Assembly: GCA_905233995.1 (NCBI GenBank)
Contig: CAJOGF010000002.1
Location: 23,661 to 70,580, forward strand
Length of the DNA: 46,920 bases
Reading direction: 5' to 3'
Source of the DNA: an uncultured Bacteroidales bacterium
GTDB taxonomy: Bacteria; Bacteroidota; Bacteroidia; Bacteroidales; UBA3824
This document shows positions 40,201-41,766 of this stretch, piece after piece. The translations under genes were made by a program, and so were the position numbers. Every line of letters begins with the position of its first letter. Within the stretch, counting starts at the first letter, position 1. Below the pieces are notes generated by a model. It saw only the letters and a program-made list of their open reading frames with translations. It searched no databases and was not told where the DNA came from.

Positions 40201-41766
40201 ATATTCGTCAGCATGTTCGAGGTCGTTACAAACGGTTTCTCCGTCAGCACCGGCTGAAACACTGAAACCATAGTTGTAAATGACAACAGTTGAAGACGAA
40301 GCACATTCTGTTACGCCAGATACTCCAGCAACTTCTCTTACATGATTTGTAACTGTCCATTTAACTTTTGCACTCATGCCGTTAGAAAGACCGTCGTAAG
40401 TAGCATTTGCGTTAGTAACCTCGCCGCTGAAATTGCCAGTGTAAGAGTCGTCGTCTTTTTCCCAAATACCTGTTAAACCGCCGTTTTCAGCAGTGTAATC
40501 AAGATTGTTTGAAGATGTAAGTTCAACTTCTTCGTTGCAATAAGGTTGCTGAGAAGAAACAACTGCAACGGCAGGAACTTGAATATTCTTTAAGTTGTAA
40601 ACGTCAACTAATTCGCAGCCCGCTGCATTAGTTAATATCCAATGAAGTTCAACACCCGAAGTAGGAATGTTTTGAATGTGTGCATTGAAAGCAGTTACAT
40701 CTGCAACATAATCTGTAGCCTCTGTTTTGTCATCAGAGAGATACCATTTGCCAGTTACACCTGCAACATAAGATGCTGCAATGTTGGTTTCTTCGCCGCA
40801 GACATTGATTGTTTCGTTTTTAGCAACTTGATTAATTTTCTTAACTGTCAAAGTAACAGTCTTTGTATGAGGACAAGTACCTTTGTCGTCAAAAGCGGCT
40901 GTCCATCTGAAGACGTATTTGCCCTCGTAAGTAAGACCAGAAACTGTTGTATTGTTTGCAGTTGAATTGAAGTTAGCACCAACAACTTCGTCAGAAGAAT
41001 TGATATGCTCTTTTACAAAGTCGATAACTTCCCATTTACCAACTGCTGCACCACCGTTGTAACCACTGATAGAGGTTGCAGTAAGTTCGTATTGAGGACC
41101 GCAGATTTCTTTGCTTTCGTCCTCGTCCTGAGGCATAGCGCAGTTTCTAACGCTAAGTGTCTGCTCTTTGGCAGGACAATCACCCTTAGAAACACTCCAA
41201 ACAAATCTTGCACCCGTTTTAGGAATGTTGATTGCAGTTACTTCAAAAGCATTGTCCGCAGCCTCAAGGTTATCAACTGTATTACCATTGTAAACAAACT
41301 GAACACCTTCGGTTGTTGTTGACCATACTCCAAATGAATTTTCATAGTCGTTAGTATTGTCGAAAGCGGTAAGTTTCAAAGTACCGTCGCAAGTTGCATC
41401 TGGTTGATTTTCTGAAATCATCGCTTCAACATAGTTGTTTGTAATTGTGATTTGAGCCGGCTTAGCGCACTTGTTGTCAAGTGTCCAAGTAAACTTGTTA
41501 GCATCATCGTATGCAAGTCCATATGCTGTAACGCTGAACTCTTTAGAAGAGTTTTCGCCAGTTTCTTTATCACCAAATTTAACATTATTATTTTCGATTG
41601 TCCAAGTACCAGTTACGCCGTGTTCAGGCTCAACAGCAACAAGTTTTATTGAACCATCGCAACTTACAAGGTTTGAATTGTCAATTTGAGCGTCAGCAAT
41701 TTTAAGACTCTTAATGATAAGAGGTTCTGAAACTGCAACGCAAGACGGCATTGTCGTTGTCGCCAT
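10246..41766 (-). CDS. Giant T9SS-secreted repeat surface protein/adhesin, C-terminal ~10,500 codons (downstream part of a frame-broken gene)
   Basis: The ORF is uninterrupted from 42099 down to 10246. The repeat-domain signal in this frame begins only at about 41750. ATG 41764-41766 is the first in-frame ATG that overlaps the upstream ORF by less than 60 nt. The product ends in 4 PKD-like domains and a type-B T9SS sorting domain. Confidence 0.85.
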   Translation of the reverse strand: MATTTMPSCVAVSEPLIIKSLKIADAQIDNSNLVSCDGSIKLVAVEPEHGVTGTWTIENNNVKFGDKETGENSSKEFSVTAYGLAYDDANKFTWTLDNKCAKPAQITITNNYVEAMISENQPDATCDGTLKLTAFDNTNDYENSFGVWSTTTEGVQFVYNGNTVDNLEAADNAFEVTAINIPKTGARFVWSVSKGDCPAKEQTLSVRNCAMPQDEDESKEICGPQYELTATSISGYNGGAAVGKWEVIDFVKEHINSSDEVVGANFNSTANNTTVSGLTYEGKYVFRWTAAFDDKGTCPHTKTVTLTVKKINQVAKNETINVCGEETNIAASYVAGVTGKWYLSDDKTEATDYVADVTAFNAHIQNIPTSGVELHWILTNAAGCELVDVYNLKNIQVPAVAVVSSQQPYCNEEVELTSSNNLDYTAENGGLTGIWEKDDDSYTGNFSGEVTNANATYDGLSNGMSAKVKWTVTNHVREVAGVSGVTECASSSTVVIYNYGFSVSAGADGETVCNDLEHADEYTLKAGELKDNQTGYWTSTTTVVYQGEKSNSAATVLVKGLSNKEPNKFIWTVTNEYGCTATDDVTIINNTPDDAVINNKPAEGYSLCENKYSLSAQAVANDNNAHWENVSGVKWYVNNEEKTYEEISTATSVEARNLTPNTKTKFTWVVSKGSCQRQDFVEIMNSAYDPKILTDNNQTVCTSTFKLEAEDPANVYGDKVTGYWSVNDNNITLPATSTNAVMIVELPYGTTTFNWNLTDGKETNSCGVKTTSINVTNKMVTSKPGDNDYTCTKEYTLDANTLPQEEGISGKWSLDMTSAGLNLNDVTIKNDKNNHTLVSGLTSGQYIFNWTVINKYGDGENDKCESTNPVTITSERFEVLADVLAVDENGEYTGKRDICGSDITITASGNAQNSDNFEWSVSPDYVTYTAEGLNLSLKGIVSTAEITFTETRGKCPATSKVVLTNRQPSATIGTTEYWTCDGSATLSGQKEESGQKGYWVKTSSNGEFADTDETTLRAIAAKVTLPSNSTATFKWVLALENDNNCKDEQVVTVKNNKVEGLTITETNKAQEECSNTRTLSAPTIPSGFTGSWSCVFDDVVFSTEANANQTVVSNLHKGANEIVWTLRSNDGKDCDENVVRATIYNNAVEERLAVNLEECLSPEDELRVDVPAADKGNNETAEWRPNGLTVVEKQDSYTTFKGFSLDENKLTWRIQAGSCYTDVPVTIVNNYVKAELGENAKLESCDGTLEGLVAKDVTATYGGTSKGWWTTDGVATLGSETGDTKGSDNENQVNVYNIPASGAKLVWNVTKGNKCSDTKEVTILNYYLPVSVDEKYINQTACDGTKTLRAADISSYSGAKGQWTVSKTPQAHSGEVVFANDGTTAVTEVSNLNAIGAYYFTWTAWREDNNRVKHCENNVENVIVNNINLMVKADNVNDKGKVANCGAEYTLNATKPGTDETGKWTASNGKDIFSNSTLYNAKVSGIPAEGVTLTWTITKDDCSASSYFEIFDTKEYAQAVASSPVCDGKVTLTQNNDLTKDNLTGQWSIVNGTGKFYDINGNELANVVEVADMNGNTSVKFEGIPAGKTATLRWTLKNSTVDNCDDYIDVEVHNEAFTFSAGADDETNCSDTYTLGADAAPQGCQGTWSPSSFTYSDIHDPKATVSGLKNGENELTWTVVKGDCSYQRSVTITNNSIDEAIILTEDNQVVCEDNFQLKAKEVTNGTGYWTGYGVEWSSNEGNGYDVCSTVATVRVSNLPKNQTTSFTWTITNPNGGKPACTDSKTITVNNKYYDAYIVTPVPKENEKDAMIEGCETVYNIAANDAFTDYGVEGHWEAVTPVNGKLSTEIDNTSYTMTVTDIKATAIFRWVVSNDACPEPYKTKSATVTITNNQVAANAGKDGITCGDSYQMQAVNPQSGKGHWEIVDAPGAVIADDQKDNPNAVITGLSNNGLYTFSWVVENEGGKCPSHDEVTISSNGFEVQADINAEPVMNDENEIVGYKHNICGNTAKIEATPLQPGAEGFWTVTPNTVSMVGSTGNLVELSGIEPATPATLTWSVNYNGCNDVTNSVTLYNRKPIVGSDAEHFYCGLSKTQKENGDVEDGIRLNATKADGYNTKWEIVSGSVEFKDDNSEVYNPIVYNVPATSSAVLKWVVSDKNLTTCNAEQTFTVTNNRFEPVINTQNTNVCADNATVSGSIPAKGFEGKWSSFSATFDDETASTTTVEGMTIGENIIRWTVLNTDENGASSALCADNYVELTITNLKPGVPVIVTENNTQVCSKDDFNNGINKLVAGENAEGVKGEWSTTGHAIISDKNELRTSVENLDKDDNTFIWTIYREGYKESCSEQTQVVIINNEVTAGADLQDAYTCDGSYLLHADYNNDVNTGTTTGEWTALPNTDIVFANDATNQNEVRVSGIKTTAPVIFTWRVKKGQCTSDPVSMTVTNYEVKPEINREKTSQFACSADDIELFAKEVSAFGPNTFGEWTLKEGGYPSTRISDPATIVIANDGTQNNTTVSGLVEPGDYTFVWNVWREVDGFDPEKGYDKGICHNSDEITITNAMLVADADVELPSNTARSECGDQVQLRGNSYQGATGTWKILTENSPVKFSPEDDIHNPTATITGIPNEGVTLRWTLDNHVRNENGEISLKRCEDSDNITIYNDLTVPHATANATNVCDGKVTLTTTNTLNGNMKGVWSTTATGHFENGEQECTATPETFQTVKFEGMTPGATATFYWNVINEANGCMAKEPFAITVNNNDFVVPAAAERPTACENSLALSATIPCENINDPELTEHYWRWNQSSIYFNGSESTNQTATVYGLSNSDDNILNWHVTYKGCTKEWEVTIHNYSVEEAKITSHQGSVEVCDQDFSISANSTTVGVGRWEISPSVTIKTGDINEPNITVTNMPANSNVTFRWYIERFKDNNNPKDDELLCRTQSESVVVKNLNYTAKISTKKQLVCNSEVELNANDVKSLYGDAIEGWWTSSNDVEWNGENSNSSYNVTVKKLPFGETEFVWHVKGTQCPNEVTDKVVIVNQPVKAAISESAQKNTCGTSATLKAVYSNPELKGYWTCESDADFDNNADANYVERSNFETKVNNLNPQKSEYRFRWHIYSDGYTTADNTKVPGCEDYADQLITMNSLNGVIADMAKGVKNATENVCGPEGVITAHTPILEGWWTTLPTGNEGMITSDTKNNQMTFNLGDKMSMVFVWHEKYEDCEAEDQVTVNNIAPKVNAGPEVYYTCDGSRTLEAEDPGENNGVWSKVVTTDSGDFDGSANINNAVYTGIADDSSVRLKWTVTAKDDESCSNSVERTIVNQRFRPEVIADNTVCGTELQVIGTTPQFEYNGKWSCLTSNNVSFEDDGTNANTKVLNLQPGENIVRWTVINKNGVVKCNENYVDYTITNLQPSVATIIDGKRETCGEKLELKATPLKGDEKGKWTANKAFTAENNVIDASNIVLTKLENDETKFVWTIYRDGHEECTSSATTTVVNNTVDMGTGISSLNYTCDGSVELIASNNALDNTGVTRGEWTPAENTSLVIENSDNYHAKVSNLPLKATEKFIWTVYKGNCSDNVEIAVTNYQVTPTVYPVDPICKSDFGKATLKADPLSPYGEVGSEVFGEWTVKTSPVEVVINNSDNNVATVENMTKNGEYIFQWMVYRKVAGISGEDGYTDGGICHDSRVVTVNNNTVSADADTRFTENAIHVCGTEFKMLANTEAEATGTWTLTDGSSAEAYIAASESTSPTATVKNIPASGVTLRWTMTRNDGTCSDYDEITLYNEKTPAVVTVDEQTCDGTVTLTTSNEVDGDYDGVWSTVSKGTFSTDPAVIVSTASGKTAVFQGMAYNTEATFYWSLKHNVKVTDGVNTYDYCESDPIRKVVKNIDFDFTAGVNATTDNCRSSYELKATKPEAATGEWTAETGAEFVDKTDPTTTVNKLSNKEVNRLTWTVTLEGCAPKSKIVEITNLGVDAPDVYTTSKTTCKETETLSAVAAEGGHWEITPKTVEYVDCVSTDANITVTNLPVNSSASFNWVIERLDNNGNVVCRRSTADEDINKTVVITNMNYKSVISTTDKTICNNYVEGLSANDVEKEYGVKGWWTASSDRVTFGDNSDATAKTSSDHKVNAYNLPYGEVTFYWHVKGGNCDEAVPATVVINNEQITTDANAEVTTCDDKAELEAELPTSSWNAKGYWTCTSFGGNENTLTYNNSTSNETVVSGLQRGDYVFEWTLESPARQNDPAKKAGCAAIKEITVHANDYDITADNSSDVKVENGKKIHEICGSEFMITATESRANGHWTGIENYVEDYATASSNNVLSFNLGNNRSATFTWSEDYRGCKKSDQITIINTEPEATAPSKQYTCSGTIELKSDAPASSYNGSWEVAEGTWPGTLEGNVFTFSKENAKETNPALRQAKLYWVVTNDKGCANRKVVTVFNNKFTPEITVDEPNGAKVCGTEAKVIGSIPTEGFTGRWTPQRLGVGFENEESSSTVVNGLQYINNKIQWTVTNIDGDEKCTENSVTKEVQNVNPGTPEIAATMKTESCDGTATLEAKKSSLTNVYGWWTDNRGVLNKGVYNATSETVVIDNSSALLESGDNVFTWTIARQGEENWCSESTNITITNNTINIGEPIPATASTCLENGSITLEASNHKALNGETATGEWTSKSGNIEIGENSTNYRVEISGITPNTSEEFVWTVKKGSCEVPQNITVSNNFVKAELVNSAVYTCGDQAMLEATPISTYGNNVHGEWKVETTKVADVTFTNSTNYKTIVNGLTENGQYEFSWNVYREIDGDEVCPQSVIVTVTRDNFTVNAAANYTNGVEGQTVKDGKVIGVCGSTVTITPTKPEGSTGVWYTADGQVYSEESKITVDNLTELGTKLIWQVSRGTAPDVCTASDEIMIFNDVVTPAVDVEPITCTGNITMRTTNDLNANLSGKWSTTFASGSFEDNTATHVSEVDGSIATYYNIPNGANVTFKWTLTHTVHNNACVTSKTFAVSNNKFSFTAGNDANATCEGTYTLQGTYPEGVTGATGYWTADQKVTYVDGEDESTNRNAKVSELNNTTPTTFTWTVTANNCTDSREVTIINNQVKEASITPLASDIVCGDYLDLNANDPEGKGMGQWIYPAQVEFTKGTSTDNIITVTNLAANQAQKFVWRISRPNGANNDCVSEAEVTVKNMKYDAKIAVPFAVKAKESKEIVICKDNIKLQANDVKTDYGVDGWWENVSVNEATFANDVTSHIMTVENLPYGRTTLRWHAWDAAHVCSESWAEIVVINESLETNAGADDWTCNGRYESLTATNPKSECHGVWNCTGGVDYENVTFDVSTNYITAVSGLKSGAYQFTWTVYSEHYKEDGAGNVLSGCKTSDEVLISADGFKVDADNTADDDTKKRAICGQEARLIASEYEGYWTVVPNDGTVTISSPSYYDTNVDLGVNTSATFTWHATYKECHAEDNITLNNIQPTIVDAGKEVYYTCEENGSVTLNAKQTADGTHGVWSKKSPTLKGSFNGNANESGIDEYNAVYTGVPANSSVELVWTVTSKFVDVDNVEKDCPAYDYATVVNNYYKPSIDVATEVCGLDTTITGYMPSEGFTGTWTCETSTDVKFEVVNDSKTKVQGLEFGQNVIRWTVLNNIGDKKCTNNFVEVTIDNIHPGYPEILTNSGVSPVETCDGSKELKAKEPSVDGVEGYWYTNRDGQFKDGVSASTLVTLENMSVDDNLLTWRIFRSGHDKCYVESTLTVVNNEVKLGTQPQDAYTCGGSYILAAENEKINNGNSASGLWTMKTNGQYATISNDPTNNKIEIVDIAKNNSEIFTWTVSKGGCHDAFDVTIYNHQVLPEAATKNGNTTICENYVDLVASSITSYGSSAKGYWTLESYPDTRIDDSKTITFDSQSETPRVEGLSQNGQYAFAWNVYRETADLDRVCDTAAIVNITNAMFTVDADVNVDNENGKSASACGGAYQLHASTPANGVVEQYWQTVPENVEGITFDNSNEAVTMVRGVTNNGVTLRWNVFNGTCWESDEIKVYNDQFIALAKPDANFICDGDKGITMTTTNDLDDMNTVGIWSTTAESGSFGDDSNNRIISVEGNKSVTYRFLKPGTTATFYWTIRHTANGQVCENATSFTVTNREFSVYAGADNHTESIDGLNCSDEYVMKADALSSEVRIDENGNEIGWSGVWSVDTKAQFEDSTDPKTKVSLLSNKVPNNFTWTVTDPYGCTQTANVQIKNNAVDEAIIEEGDAISICSMPYPLNAREVSEGSGHWENLSGTISPAKTDAHIEISGLTPNSDAVFAWIVERDNGVGKCTSRAEIKVTNSDYEAEILTKVPDGEQSILTCDNTLKTVDGVAYKLLAADSKERYGVPGHWETTNPVTFTNEGSNSANEISVEGLPYGPTTFTWVLDGSCPFDATKHQASITVNNEKVSANAGDDVYWCKSNYDGLTATDPSFLGSGKWELISGNNMTNVTIESTGVYHTAINGMTSGDYKFRWTVTSEHGCQISDEVTIHHNGFNVEYADMYGSAVKDENGNEIPYARQRFVCGETTPTDKPLTAALPHTDATGYWIVPNGVTVDNPTNYITNVTSGITKDGVTLVWHEDYAECSAEASVTLYNRKPVANASQEYYTCNGEIPQLTATAAVDGTTGVWSKAVETVNGYFDNDEVSTTNINARFYGMDDNSTVKLLWTVSDNEFTECATVVEATVTNYNFHPVVESKTGVTTTCKTEIDLEGTMPATGYTGVWSSDKNGEFTAIDGQTTSVTATLERGPNTITWTITSDGVANGQHCEYPATLTVVNNNPVAARIKAEPETCNNEIVLTTDKYDEETFDQGKVTGKWRKLGGATLAEGYTDENTTEVKYTNLDLNNNIFYWTLTKGECQSEASITITNNYVEAGDIPELNLYSCEDNKINLQVVNSYDKFPGSTGVWTSQNGSKFMVGEETMNTTSAFAVTAVEIPSTGDIFTWTVRKGICQDQRVINVANQNVTAKVVTDKITICSPDGLMTTKLEAQNVSGNAKGYWKLEEAPSGYTIDQSVIQNSTNYETKVNGLTRKGEYKFSWNVYYAAKDELGNEVVNCPTKQDFVTVVNDMFNDNEFTAGVDDYTECTDEYTMNATKPADATGYWDVVSGVEFVSEKFDNAVEDPNVTVKGLKNEGTKFVWHVKRTSNACEDSKAIVITNNLPDQPVIYNESKTICEDYITLSAKAANTDNNERGEWTSDVQGLTWGTNGYDAEKSNEQVLVSNLIPNTTATFTWTVYKKKRPDQEAECSIPVSVKITNTSYKAEVFTEDRTICDDNEVINLEAKSIKESGATGWWTCNRPDEVEMPENVSTETITVKGLPHGSVSFYWNVQGGNCGVQTSSPVTFVNSAVTTNAGQSRTVCEHEVVLTADASDLNYNATGKWTMTKGNGEYNIESPDIYTTKVTGLTGGDYDFTWTVTSQDGKCELSSVVTISDKTFTVDADLEADNVAKYRNVCGQDNIVVEAQTLVGTGQWEATTGGVTFANDNSTSNKIAVSFSENVTLKWTETRGEGDSKCTAEDVITLYNRKPLPKAKTEYESCDGNFELHANKDNERMVGYWYKKADSYSGYFGSEDNKQSSSALENAIYYGVDENASSTLVWRIYDDVMTTCYDEVEAVVNNFKYSPSIPKVPTGTETICGNTREDLTGTLPEGFTGKWSSNNKDVTFTAEESSMTTVNGLLRGENEIIWTVTKTGNEKSCDNKTSVIIVNNDPTQALITTDRLTAEREACDGTITLAAVNINGDEECEWSLSGNAEFSPNASTNVVTVTKLDKGTHLFTFTVRKGKCETTDKIEITNNQVLAHIGAIPQSCDGTIQLNATDPATLEAYCGHGVWSAASDQVVFEDNNPSLANAKVSNLPAGSTMFTWTVSEGQCVKSEKVAIVNNTVKAEINVAKNDEGKKIIYSCNDKELITANNLEGSGAMGEWIKGSPYSNDVDMASTAEAVTISGLKLSQGSNIFTWRVSKGECSATDEVTIVSNKVETNIANVDANNQIYTCDLEYTLQAQLPSGCKGQWRKIDGAGEIEGETESSKIKLTNLAVDAFTTLEWTVTSLVNENCTDVKTVSVRSNHVEAQVANDIINTCTGDNVMLEATALSEAECFWSPATPSNQGVIKNSTASVTEVNGVQPDFNEKYIWTVKLDRGGVKCEDSKAVTIVNNGFNLSAGGRQWKVEDGGDDKYYYGNYNIDANEKLCNDYQVLQATSYAVGGGFWTVESGEGWIADEESTNPNATLHIAAGAVVNLRWTYTKNECPHEAYATVISSRVVAEAYDGTTCDDRASLNGILKAGETGTWVGSNDVTIVDNTLYNSSVENLNKGKNAFTWTVTNGRCSNSAPVTIDYLVPSAQLPNTLVDDWCGYEYNLTASKDPALDNYTGYWHVVKGTGQFAEGQQTNWQTQITNLSKGENIIEWIVTSKENCQGSSQIVINNIAPDVYVSDYFGDCGPDGTIEASEYDPDKYLGYWQIKKGTEYSEFSIENSTAYRTHYSGARRGSTILTWTVVVKDNPKCSVTRTTNVENKSILVSAAVPEDYCSDEVAVSASALNEKDYGYWKSANQNSTIKFENSESNLTKVSNLQYGTNTIVWHVVAENGCEGDAYVDIVHKSYPGFTAGEDQTTCSTKAPLAATSPETYEDESNMPNVISYWEKVSGPETVGFVNSTSFGTEVTGLALGRSVLRWTVDNGTCVMTDEIEIVNNGVEANAGGNSLITLCEDSYQFFAVMPEVYDSVAWKIGYGSGQFDVQRTHNSNVEPYNGDESLNPYTEKCNSATISNLMHGTSTFEWHVYYNGCDTHDDVRIKSVAPSKAEAMASTPVCETDFHLSANDPKIYTEKYWIDENDNSKVIIDNSTSPYTEVHNLSIGENRFKWVIVNEEDGRRCPSEAEVVLTNQSITVSAGQDYVTCDFDAKLKAADPGIYKGFWEPVNSQGTVEIVNSTAYETDVKGLQVGGNTFRWTKYNDQCRVSDEVTITVNKATVANAGEDFTSCTSYTTLMANTPDKDEIGQWFVITGSGIVLESTNFKTNVESLSAGKNLIEWRILRGGDDINDPNVCFSSDTIVVTSRNITMSVTSSAEEYCSDEGEVYGYVNIDDYTSRWEPVGGNAKFLTSTENNSKVVNLQEGRNTLRWTVTSVYDGTKCESYRDVIVENNTAPKAIVPETRTSCDTFVDVLGNVPPQGTYGEWSIADGVGVFENSTAYSTRVSGLSADDANYAVWTIHKGSCTSSDTIMITVNKMITNVSGDDGTNTLEICGTESPISAAPAGEGARGWWETNAQGITIENSTSENARVTGVTTGAHTLVWHVKKTDESDCHASAKLIVVNNLYKATATLATANPICDGYATLIGNVPSGGSKGYWTGPETVEFSNKETPVTTMFPGVTGPNIAYWHIKKGKCEAVASVNVLNYSVDVELGDEITACDVDEVKTLAAPNPPVGGYGYWENPNGSVEIEDTNSPVTKVTNIQQGANVVVWHVYSPEVENDKGELTRCHAQASLVINNNHFETNAGEDFEVCDTITELRAMYQGPKAVGYWIGGKFSNSTSNRTFVSGLAPSSTNVFRWTVEMNNCVAYDEVTVRNRQAEIYIPSGDKPVCTPYTNLEAHQSEGVGHWEVMNGGGTIPMSTSQVAMVYNLNHGDNLIRWVVESGDVIRCRTFKDVIVTNNTINITAGNDQQICDTFATLAGQPLEKNQVGLWTWGAGSEVVPNVASGDVPRCVDNTLYNTKVTGLYYNDDGEGYANAFTWHVQDTVTRCEAQAMVKIICYHFQVDADISTITNVHETETNSIEITAKTMPTYTGVWRTVEGSGIASPSTKATTNVTKLSPGKNKLEWTATLVDDSPSGIRTKPLCSASDYVEIDFKAFDVEAGEDISICEDTAKLNAQKIEKAVCWWSSGHNGCRFDNSTDPKTIVRGLTRGPNKLYWNVTKNGFTTKDSVIIYNYAFSVDAGKDQHLCVDYTELKATAPYGNSLINDENLTITVSGYWDTQDGGVHFYQPNNRETKIDSIHAMTNVIVWHSSVTVSNLYTKERERLTCYNQDTVEVTYYVAPKPDFKIVPRTAGGCSPFTAQFANTTINTYPEDEVFYRWNFGNIIGYETQDHDSIREETFYNDAYYDSTLTVYLTTGLRIPNDVCYSTDSSEIIIYSVPVANVDLSSSLYKQPNMKVEMYADSVPGPFTRYTWNFGDGSGDVWDDNTMFRSTEVHEYATYGDYTIVLDVKNKHCASSDTAFVTILPAAPTRTVMPASYKGCDPYLHELIEGVRFADSVRWEIYYSNDSTALQAELLVPDGQSGTYLFNKVGRYLLYEYAYGPGADAEVYMRTDTVFVNPTPEVKFAIHPDTVRLPNVPLFTGNESTQGQGYRYLWDFGDGATSNEMEPVHYYSESGDYFVNLTVYSDQNCSAQGKEVPVRVEPEGMLRFPNAFVPDPSGPCGGIQTNRFNNYVFLPYPRQGVKAGTYILEIFNRYGEKIYESNDPDIGWDGYYRGELCKQDVYVFKCRCTFENGKLFKQIGNVTLLR
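10249..10554 (-). other. T9SS type-B C-terminal sorting domain (gliding-motility-associated CTD, CHU_C/TIGR04131-like)
   Basis: The last 102 aa read MLRFPNAFVPDP...YILEIFNRYGEKIYESNDPDIGWDGYYRGELCKQDVYVFKCRCTFENGKLFKQIGNVTLLR. This fits the family hallmarks (I/F)PNAF.P, IFNR.G..(V/I), WDG and G.V.L.R at the extreme C-terminus. Confidence 0.85.
10555..11649 (-). other. Four tandem PKD-like domains (11356-11649, 11095-11355, 10816-11094, 10555-10815)
   Basis: Domain 1 has YRWNFGN, domain 2 has YTWNFGDGSG...HEYATYGDYTIVLDV, and domain 4 has YLWDFGDGATS...HYYSESGDYFVNLTV. Domain 3 is the same length but lacks the W.FGDG motif. Confidence 0.75.
11650..17811 (-). repeat. Tail array of 23 divergent ~90-aa two-Cys domains with no higher-order period
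   Basis: 23 successive domain ends of the form L..G.N...W.V....C were counted, from ...TLEWTVTSLVNENC through ...VIVWHSSVTVSNLYTKERERLTC. Many carry an (E/D/V)NS(T/E)....T.V..L motif. Confidence 0.75.

Noticed and set aside
10273-41689. Dozens of 60-264-aa ORFs on the + strand inside the giant gene, for example 29776..30570, 16990..17613, 18431..18916, 34537..35028 and 35713..36231.
   Set aside because: They are antisense shadow ORFs. Their sequences are low-complexity and Cys/Ile/Phe/Asn-rich with no motifs, and all are nested in a minus-strand frame with strong, periodic protein-domain signal.
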